A DNA stretch of 25,902 nucleotides from Candidatus Bipolaricaulota bacterium (GCA_023132545.1 JAGLYB010000032.1:1-25902); one strand, 5' to 3'. Positions 8,814-15,403 are shown, counted from the first letter of the stretch. Translations and numbers: made by a program. Notes: a model not told the origin generated them from the letters alone.

Positions 8814-9544
8814 GTCCACCTCTGTTCCGATATCAAGTCAATCAAATTTCGCGTCTCCTGAATCGTCAATTGGCCAGGAACTGTGCCTGGCTCCACGGCG
8901 CAGTACGTGAACGATGCGCCGAGAATGCATGCCATAGGTCTCGACGGTGCTCCGTGTGCTCCAAGGGCAATCGCCGCAAACGGCACATTGAGAAAGGATC
9001 GCGCGTCAAGCGCAACATTGAGTACAGTCAGAAGGTCTCTATACGACAGCGCGCGGACCGCCAGCTTGATGAGATCAGGTTCAAGAGCGGCCACATCATG
9101 CAATCCTTGCGTGAGATCACCATGACTCGGCGTCTCCTTCATGTTCTCATACCCGATGAGCGCCGGCACGTTGTGCTCCCGTGCTGATCTAAGCAGTTGG
9201 GAACGAAGCTCAGGCTCGGTGAAGAACTCGATGTCCACTGCGGTCGCCCCGGCATGTACTGCTGCCTGTAACCGTTCGATCCGCTCCTCCTCGGTGCCAG
9301 GGAAGAACCCGCCGAATTGCGGTGTTCGGCATGCCACGATGTGCGGAACACCGGCGCGCTGAACCAGCTCCTCTACGGCCTTTGAATCCGCTAGACGGTC
9401 GATGCGAAGCTCAACGATGTCAGCGCCAGCCGACCGAGCACGTTGCACACCCTCAAGCATGCGGTCTACGTTGTCCGCCAACGATGTTGCAACCAAGAGC
9501 GGCGTTGCTCCAACCGTTACCTCCCCGATGGCCACCGTCCTCAT
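8798..9544 (-). CDS. aroD: Type I 3-dehydroquinate dehydratase homologue with His143->Glu substitution
   Basis: DIVELRID, CRTPQFGG, VDIE, DLIKLAV (Schiff-base Lys160), LGAHGAPSR, PGQL. The usual (S/G)YH(N/D) reads GYEN. The symbol denotes the family; canonical activity is doubtful. Confidence 0.88.
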   Translation of the reverse strand: MRTVAIGEVTVGATPLLVATSLADNVDRMLEGVQRARSAGADIVELRIDRLADSKAVEELVQRAGVPHIVACRTPQFGGFFPGTEEERIERLQAAVHAGATAVDIEFFTEPELRSQLLRSAREHNVPALIGYENMKETPSHGDLTQGLHDVAALEPDLIKLAVRALSYRDLLTVLNVALDARSFLNVPFAAIALGAHGAPSRPMACILGASFTYCAVEPGTVPGQLTIQETRNLIDLISEQRWTCSSN

Positions 9545-9966
9545 TATTCGGACGCCTCCTTGGCCAACGACTGTTCATACTTCTCATTGCTGACGATGGA
9601 AACTTCGATGCCCGACCCTTTGATAATCTTCACTGTATGTTTCAAGCGCGGCGGGATGAAGACAGTTGCCGGGCTTTCCACGGTGTACACCTCATCCCCA
9701 AGCGTAACCTCGAACGTAATTCCCGGTTGAGGGAAGACGTAGGCCTGAGACACCTCGTGTGCATGAATCTCTACGTAGTCCGGTCCCGGAGGGTTCTTCA
9801 CATCAATGTGATGAACGAAGATGTTCAGATCCGATCCGGCGACCATGTCGGTGTTGAGAAACGCCATCAGCGGGCCCAGCGTGTCCATGGTTTTGCGGTC
9901 GTGATGAATCAGCGGGCGCTCGGCCCAGTCGAACGGCTTAACGATGTATTTCGAGTACGTGCCCAT
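9544..9966 (-). CDS. Cupin-fold protein, paralogue B (HxH-x3-Q...H)
   Basis: Start moved to ATG 9966 (MGTYSKY; GAAAGGGG upstream). IHAHEVSQAYVF and TVFIPPRLKHTV; stop overlaps the aroD start. Confidence 0.85.
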   Translation of the reverse strand: MGTYSKYIVKPFDWAERPLIHHDRKTMDTLGPLMAFLNTDMVAGSDLNIFVHHIDVKNPPGPDYVEIHAHEVSQAYVFPQPGITFEVTLGDEVYTVESPATVFIPPRLKHTVKIIKGSGIEVSIVSNEKYEQSLAKEASE

Positions 9967-10005
9967 TTTGCCCCTTTCAGTCATGGATTCCGGGTAGCCC
10001 GCGGA

Positions 10006-10401
10006 TCACCCGTAGTACCCCTTGCGGAGAATACAGACCTCGATGCCCTTGCCTTCTATGATCTTCAGGTTGTGTTTGATCCCCGGCGGGATGAAGACGG
10101 TTGCCGGGCTTTCGGCTTGATATGTCTCCTCTCCAAGAATGACCTCGAAACGCAGCCCTGCTTCAGGGAAGACATACGCCTGCGACACGTCGTGGGTGTG
10201 AACCTCAACGTAGTCCGGTCCCTTGTCCCCCTTGACCTCGATGTGATGCACGAAGATGTTGATGTCGGCACCATCAACCATTTCTCGATTGAGAAACGAA
10301 ACCAAAGGTCCCAGTTTCGACAGCCCGTTGGCGTTGTGGAATACCAAATCCCGGTCTTCCCAGTCAAACGGCTTGACGATCAGGTGTTCGTACTTACCCA
10401 T
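10006..10401 (-). CDS. Cupin-fold protein, paralogue A (HxH-x3-Q...H)
   Basis: VHTHDVSQAYVF and TVFIPPGIKHNL; start abuts the aroC stop; 79/131 positions identical to paralogue B without gaps (hand count). Confidence 0.87.
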   Translation of the reverse strand: MGKYEHLIVKPFDWEDRDLVFHNANGLSKLGPLVSFLNREMVDGADINIFVHHIEVKGDKGPDYVEVHTHDVSQAYVFPEAGLRFEVILGEETYQAESPATVFIPPGIKHNLKIIEGKGIEVCILRKGYYG

Positions 10402-11508
10402 CTATGTTTCCTTTCTGTGGCTCTGTGATTTTGCGAGCATTGCGTGATCGATCAGGGTCAAGGCAACCATGGCTTCGGCAATCGGAATCATCCGCGGGAC
10501 GATGGTCGGATCGGTCGCCGTCTTACAGCGGAAGGTCGCCGCTTCCATCCGAACCATGTCCACGGTTTCTTGCTCCGCCCCAATCGTAGGCGTTGGCTTC
10601 ACAGCCATTCGCAGAACAATGTCTTCTCCAGTTGAAATGCCGCCAAGAATCCCCCCGGCATGATTCGTTCGGAACCGTATCGTTCCAGACGATAGGTACG
10701 GCAGGTCGTTGTTCTCGCTGCCAACCATCTTTGCACAGCGGAACCCGGCCCCGATTTCCACGCCCTTGACACTGCCAATGCTCATCAGTGCACGCGCCAA
10801 GTTCGCATCCAATTTGTCAAAGACCGGCTCCCCCCATCCCACTGGGACGTTGTGTGCGATTACCTCGACGATGCCTCCCAGACTCTCTCCTTCGCGTTTC
10901 GCCTGGAGTGCCCGATCCAGCATCCGCTGTGCAGTCTCGGCATCCGGGCAGCGAACCGGTGGTACATCGGCGCCGGCGCGAATTTCTTCATACGACATGT
11001 CCGGTGCCTCGATGCCGGCGAGTGCTTTGGTGTAGGCGATGATCTCTACGTTCATCGAAGCAAGCAGCTTCTTGGCGATGCCTCCCGCAGCAACACGCAT
11101 CGCAGTTTCTCGGCCGTTGGCGCGTCCGTCAGCGACCCAATCACGGTAAGGGCCATGCTTGGCGAAATATGTGTAGGTCGCGTGCCCCGGCTTGATGACA
11201 GTCTTTTCGTCCATATAAGAGGCAATTCGTTCCGGTGTTGCCCATTCGTTGTCAATGATCAACCCAATGGGCGCGCCTGTCGTAAACCCATCTAGGGTTC
11301 CGGATAGAATGCGAACCCGATCCGATTCCACTCGTGGTGTAGCAATCTCGCTCTGCCCCGGCTTACGCCGATCCAGATCATGCTGGATGTCTGCCTCGAC
11401 CAAGGGAAGTCCTGCAGGGACACCATCGACAATGCCGACAAGCGCTGTGCCAAACGCCTCGCCCGACGTTGTTATGCGAAACGCCCGCCCAAACGTGTTC
11501 CCCAACAT
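10402..11508 (-). CDS. aroC: Chorismate synthase homologue with remodelled substrate site
   Basis: MLGNTFG..FRITT.GE, RRKPGQS, PGHA, RET, KLDANLARALMSIGSVKGVEIGAGF, TNHAGGILGGISTG, KPTPTI (flavin-binding motifs intact), but GEAFG, RANGRET and ATDP replace GESHG, RSSARET and RHDP. The symbol denotes the family. Confidence 0.9.
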   Translation of the reverse strand: MLGNTFGRAFRITTSGEAFGTALVGIVDGVPAGLPLVEADIQHDLDRRKPGQSEIATPRVESDRVRILSGTLDGFTTGAPIGLIIDNEWATPERIASYMDEKTVIKPGHATYTYFAKHGPYRDWVADGRANGRETAMRVAAGGIAKKLLASMNVEIIAYTKALAGIEAPDMSYEEIRAGADVPPVRCPDAETAQRMLDRALQAKREGESLGGIVEVIAHNVPVGWGEPVFDKLDANLARALMSIGSVKGVEIGAGFRCAKMVGSENNDLPYLSSGTIRFRTNHAGGILGGISTGEDIVLRMAVKPTPTIGAEQETVDMVRMEAATFRCKTATDPTIVPRMIPIAEAMVALTLIDHAMLAKSQSHRKET

Positions 11509-11517
11509 GGCAACCTC

Positions 11518-12804
11518 CTATTCTTCATGCACCGTCATTCGTGCACCAATTGCCTGCATCGACGACACGAATGTTGGATAGGTAATGCGCACTGATTCCG
11601 CGCTGTTGATCCGCGTTTCTCCCTCGGCAATCAATCCGGCAACAGCAAGAGCCATGATCACACGATGATCATCATGACCATTGACACTAGCGCCGTGAAG
11701 CACGCTTTTACGGATCATGAGACCGTCCGGCTTCTCTTCGATCTTCGCCCCCATCTTCGATAACTCAGCACACATGACGGCAATGCGATCGGTCTCTTTG
11801 ATTCGCGCCATAGCAACGTTCTCCAGCACGGTCTCTCCCTCGCAGCAACAGCCGACAACAGCCAGCATTGGAAGTGCATCCGGTGTGTTCGACAGATCCA
11901 TTCGGATCCCACGAAGAGATTCGCTGCGCTGAATGCGAAGCTCGCTACCACGAATATCAAGCGTTGCCCCCATCTGCCGTAGATACTCAAACACTTGTTT
12001 GTCTCCCTGGCTGTCGTTGAAATCGAGACCTTGAAGAAGGACGTCGGGGTCAGCCGCAAGTATGGCCGCACAACCTGGGAACGTTGCTGATGAGAAATCG
12101 GCAGCAATCGGTCGTTCAAACGGCGTGTACGATTGCGGGCCTATGATCTCAAACTGTGTCAGTGCGTCGTTGGATGTGACCTCGATACCACAGGCACGAA
12201 GCCAGTCCAGCGTCATTCGTACGTAGCCCTTCTCGTTCATCACACCGTCAACATTCAAGCGAATCGTTCCAGTAACCAGCGGCGCAGCTAGCAATAGCGG
12301 AGTGAGGTAAATCGACGTCGTACCGTTCACAGTAGCTTGCCCAGCATGCAATGGGCCGCGAATCGTGATCGGTGCCGTGCCGTCCAGTGATGCCGATTCA
12401 ACAGTTGCTCCCAGTTGCTGAAGAGACTGAAGCAGTGGCCCAAACGGACGTGTACGAATGCTCTCATCACCATCAAGCGTAATGGGGACATCACCCGTCG
12501 CACAGACGGCAATCAGATTGCCGAGCGTGGTGCCTGAATTGCCAACATGGATAGACAGGGAGGACGACGGGAGCCGTCCTCCAGTACCGTCGATGATCCA
12601 CCGATCGTTGCGTTGATCGATCGGTGCACCCAGTTGCCGACAGCAATCGACTGCCGACAGCGTATCTGCAGCATCCAATGGATGAAGGATCTGCGATTGC
12701 CCATCAGCGAGAAACCCCATGATAACGCCGCGAATGGTATGCGACTTCGAAGCCGGGATGCGGATTGACCCGCGAAGCGATGAGCGTTTGACTGCAAGGA
12801 ACAC
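11518..12804 (-). CDS. aroA: EPSP synthase (3-phosphoshikimate 1-carboxyvinyltransferase) homologue with active-site substitutions
   Basis: PASKSHTIR, GNSGTT, RTRP, ADFSSA, PDALP, RIKETDRI, DDHRV; GTG start with GGGGAGG SD. SSQ reads TSI. The symbol denotes the family. Confidence 0.92.
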   Translation of the reverse strand: MFLAVKRSSLRGSIRIPASKSHTIRGVIMGFLADGQSQILHPLDAADTLSAVDCCRQLGAPIDQRNDRWIIDGTGGRLPSSSLSIHVGNSGTTLGNLIAVCATGDVPITLDGDESIRTRPFGPLLQSLQQLGATVESASLDGTAPITIRGPLHAGQATVNGTTSIYLTPLLLAAPLVTGTIRLNVDGVMNEKGYVRMTLDWLRACGIEVTSNDALTQFEIIGPQSYTPFERPIAADFSSATFPGCAAILAADPDVLLQGLDFNDSQGDKQVFEYLRQMGATLDIRGSELRIQRSESLRGIRMDLSNTPDALPMLAVVGCCCEGETVLENVAMARIKETDRIAVMCAELSKMGAKIEEKPDGLMIRKSVLHGASVNGHDDHRVIMALAVAGLIAEGETRINSAESVRITYPTFVSSMQAIGARMTVHEE

Positions 12805-12840
12805 GTCGTGCCTCCCCTAGTTTTCTTTGCTCAAAAACCT

Positions 12841-12864
12841 AAGGGGACGTTTGGCATTCCCCTT
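12841..12864 (-). terminator. Hairpin downstream of the binding-protein gene, possible leaky terminator
   Basis: Minus strand AAGGGGA-ATGCCAAACG-TCCCCTT followed by AGGTTTTT. Confidence 0.45.
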
Positions 12865-12890
12865 TGAAGCGTCGTTGTACAGCATCTCAG

Positions 12891-12946
12891 AAGGCCCGCG
12901 GAGACCGGTGTTGTGAACGGTTGTTCCCCGCTTCTCCGCAGGCCTT
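12891..12946 (-). repeat. 14-bp inverted repeat (13/14 match) right after the binding-protein gene
   Basis: AAGGCCCGCGGAGA (12891-12904) and TCTCCGCAGGCCTT (12933-12946); typical position for an mRNA-stabilising stem-loop. Confidence 0.7.
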
Positions 12947-12963
12947 ATAGTCAGGCTATGATT

Positions 12964-14100
12964 CTAGCCGTCTTGTGACGAGATGATCTTGATGATGACC
13001 TGTTCGCCGTTCTCGATCTTCACGAGGAAGAGATTGCGGTCAACAGTTCCATCTTCTCGATACGAGGTGTTGAGGAACACGTTTGGCTCCATCTCCGTCG
13101 TAATCGTGTTTTCGTGGAGCCACGTTCGCACAGCATCCGCATCAAACGCACCGACTGCTTCGATCGCTGTCTTGAGCGTGTATACGGCAACGTATCCCTT
13201 CATCGCATCGTGCGACGGGATTTCGTCGTACAACAGCTGGAACATTGCGGCAAAATCAGCGATCGGCTCGTACTTGTACGACCATGTCGCCGCGCCCATC
13301 ACGCCTTCCATTGCCTCGCCGCCCAATTCAACCGCAAGAGCACTGAGAAGCGGGCTGTATCCAACAACACTCAAATCGACGCCCAGCGTTTTCAGCTGGA
13401 TCATGAACCGCGCATTCTCCTCTTCGTGACCATAGAGGAAGATCGTGTCGGCTCCCATTCCCTGAATTCGAGCGATTTCACCGGCAAAGTCCGCCTGAGC
13501 TGTTTGGATTGCAATCCCTTCGAAGCCTAGACCGAATTCCTCGGCAGCCGCAGACAGAATGTCGCGACCGTCGCTGCCCATCTCATCATTGGTATAAACC
13601 ATGACAATCTGTTCAACACCGAGATCTTCACCCATCCAGCGGACCAGCCACGGGAATACATTCCGGTTAATCGGCGACGTCGCGAACACGTTATAGTTGC
13701 CTTGTTCGTAGATGCTCGTGGACGTCGAGCCGACCATCTGGATGATTCCCGCCTCTTCTACTGTCGCCATGTTGGCGATCGTCGAGGAGCTGTAGATCGT
13801 TCCGAGAATGGCAAATGGTTCCTTGGTGATCGCGTACTGCATCGCGGCTATGGAGATTGCCGGTCGGCTTTCCGTGTCAACGAGGAAGTACTCGATCTGG
13901 CGACCCAATATGCCGCCAGCGTTGTTGATCTCGCTGAATGCTAGCAGGATTCCGTCGCGCCAGTGCGCGCCGTGACTTGCACCATGACCACTCAATTCAC
14001 AGACGATACCAAATTCGACCGGACCTTCATCTTGTGCCATTAGTGTGCCGCTGAAAACCATGACAAGTAGAACGGCAATTAAACCAAATTTTCGGAGCAT
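12964..14100 (-). CDS. HAAT ABC transporter periplasmic substrate-binding protein (LivK/Peripla_BP_6 family)
   Basis: Signal peptide MLRKFGLIAVLLVMVFSGTLMA-QD (no lipobox); GIVCELSG, EINNAGGILGRQIE...DTES, GTIYSSS, ND..G, ADF..EIARI; SD AAGGAGGT. Confidence 0.93.
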   Translation of the reverse strand: MLRKFGLIAVLLVMVFSGTLMAQDEGPVEFGIVCELSGHGASHGAHWRDGILLAFSEINNAGGILGRQIEYFLVDTESRPAISIAAMQYAITKEPFAILGTIYSSSTIANMATVEEAGIIQMVGSTSTSIYEQGNYNVFATSPINRNVFPWLVRWMGEDLGVEQIVMVYTNDEMGSDGRDILSAAAEEFGLGFEGIAIQTAQADFAGEIARIQGMGADTIFLYGHEEENARFMIQLKTLGVDLSVVGYSPLLSALAVELGGEAMEGVMGAATWSYKYEPIADFAAMFQLLYDEIPSHDAMKGYVAVYTLKTAIEAVGAFDADAVRTWLHENTITTEMEPNVFLNTSYREDGTVDRNLFLVKIENGEQVIIKIISSQDG

Positions 14101-14223
14101 CCTTGACCTCCTTGCTCACTCTTTACTCGATGTTCTGCCAGAAAGATCAGCGCGTTTGCTCGTTTACCTCCTTCACGATTTCAAAGTACAGAATGGGAGA
14201 TCGCCACACATAATGGAGCGGGG

Positions 14224-14266
14224 AAAGAAAAAACGAACCGCCACGCTTATGCGTTGACCGTTCGTT
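14224..14266 (-). terminator. Intrinsic terminator inside the operon leader (attenuator candidate)
   Basis: RNA AACGAAC-GGUCA-ACGC-AUAA-GCGU-GGCG-GUUCGUU-UUUUCUUU, between the predicted promoter and the first start codon. Confidence 0.65.
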
Positions 14267-14317
14267 ATCACCATCCGCCCCCAGATCCCTGGAGAGGCCG
14301 TGGCGCCATTTCATCCT

Positions 14318-14334
14318 TTTTGACATAGTCAAAA
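14318..14334. promoter_or_regulatory. Perfect palindrome TTTTGAC-ATA-GTCAAAA, candidate operator
   Basis: 7-3-7 inverted repeat about 22-38 nt downstream of the predicted transcription start. Confidence 0.55.
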
Positions 14335-14362
14335 CGTCATCTATATATTCCACAACAGACAC

Positions 14363-14391
14363 ACCATAGAGGAAAAAAACCGTGCTGTCAA
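14363..14391 (-). promoter_or_regulatory. Sigma70-type promoter of the transporter/aro-like operon
   Basis: TTGACA (14391-14386) - 17 nt - TATGGT (14368-14363); predicted TSS about 14356. Confidence 0.75.
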
Positions 14392-14680
14392 GTCAGATAA
14401 ACTACGGAATCTGATGATGCTGTGGATGAATTCACGTTTTTTGAGGCAAGAAGACAACCTTCAGAAAGCATGTAGCGCACTCAGGAAATTCCGAGGATTC
14501 TCCCCGTGCTACCAGGACCCTCAAAGCACATCGATCAGCGAATTGGCCTTCTCTCTTGAGGACAGACTTAATGGGATAGGCCACAATTTGTACCTTTAAT
14601 GATGCGGGCCGAGCGGTCTTCACGGCCAAAGAACCTAGGGAATCCAAGCCGACTTGGACATTCCTTAACGCATACGACCT

Positions 14681-15343
14681 CTACCCTCGCGGATGGTTTA
14701 TCGCGTGATCATAGACCACCATGTAGCTAGTGGCGGCAACCGGACCAAGAAAAAGCGTGCCGCTGAGGATGGTCACAAGTTCGATGACCCAACCAGGAAT
14801 GCTGGAATCATAGGTTGACATCCAAAGTAAGAAGAACAACACCATGTATGGAATGGCCAGCAAGAAGCCAATACCGAACAGGGTTCCGCGATAACCTCTG
14901 GTGATGCTGGCGCTTTCGCGCATGGCTTCGATGGGTCGTACGGTTCGCGGGCCTTCCTTGGGATCGAGGAAGCGAATCAGTACGAATGAGTACATCAGAG
15001 CGACAATGATGCCGGGGATGACCAAGGCAACAAATCCCAACATGGTCAGAAGATTGAAGAGTAGATAAGCCCCAATGATGGGACCCGCTTGGGACATCCC
15101 TTCAAAGAGCTCCTTGAAGACAACCGGCTCCCTGCGGACAACCTTCAAGGCAAGCAGATACTGACCTGCATGCAATGGGGCAAGAATCATCATCACCATG
15201 ATTTGAAGCCATATCATGGAATCGGGAACCAGTAGACGGATCACTTGCTGGCATGCAAGGATCACCAACCAGGCCCCCAGTAGCAGAGGGAGCCGCCTTG
15301 TGAATGCGTCGAATCCGTCTCGTAATGCCGTCCAAGAAGTCAT
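14681..15343 (-). CDS. Integral membrane protein of unknown function (DUF975-like, by eye)
   Basis: About five hydrophobic helices; ALVIPGIIVALMYSF and AMRESASITRGYR pattern. Start moved to ATG 15343 (GGAGGAGG SD). Confidence 0.75.
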   Translation of the reverse strand: MTSWTALRDGFDAFTRRLPLLLGAWLVILACQQVIRLLVPDSMIWLQIMVMMILAPLHAGQYLLALKVVRREPVVFKELFEGMSQAGPIIGAYLLFNLLTMLGFVALVIPGIIVALMYSFVLIRFLDPKEGPRTVRPIEAMRESASITRGYRGTLFGIGFLLAIPYMVLFFLLWMSTYDSSIPGWVIELVTILSGTLFLGPVAATSYMVVYDHAINHPRG

Positions 15344-15374
15344 AGAACCTCCTCCCAAGAGGAACCTAGATCTA

Positions 15375-15403
15375 ACCATACTTTACCAGAGGACTCCATA
15401 CAA
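15375..15403 (-). promoter_or_regulatory. Putative sigma70 promoter of the membrane-protein gene
   Basis: TTGTAT - 17 nt - TATGGT, about 30 nt upstream of the start codon. Confidence 0.45.

Noticed and set aside
267-10428. Long plus-strand ORFs (267..1106, 2477..3436, 4170..4817, 4204..4821, 9322..10428 and others)
   Set aside because: Antisense shadows of well-supported minus-strand genes in GC-rich DNA; no motifs or SD.
8798-12804. Ordinary housekeeping aromatic amino acid biosynthesis operon
   Set aside because: Not favoured: key residues are altered in all three enzymes, other aro genes are absent from the window, and the genes are embedded in an importer/redox operon. Not formally excluded without the rest of the genome.
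8798-12804. aroA/aroC/aroD as pseudogenes
   Set aside because: Full-length frames with no stops or frameshifts, good SDs, tight coupling and retention of most other catalytic residues.
14224-14356. Assignment of the leader to T-box, Moco/Wco, fluoride riboswitch or ANTAR classes
   Set aside because: No UGGNACC T-box; GGCGGAUGGUG lacks the UUCGCC partner of fluoride riboswitches; AAUGGC lacks a closing stem; no Moco core seen. Left as unclassified pending an Rfam search.
14147-14362. 71-aa minus-strand ORF across the leader as an aromatic-amino-acid leader peptide (contains W, FF, Y)
   Set aside because: No properly spaced SD; aromatic codons are scattered, mostly at or after the terminator, and FF simply reflects the U-tract.
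14400-14680. Short ORFs 14414..14599 and 14432..14647 and a 6-bp hairpin at 14643-14658
   Set aside because: No SD, motifs or U-tract; treated as unannotated intergenic DNA.
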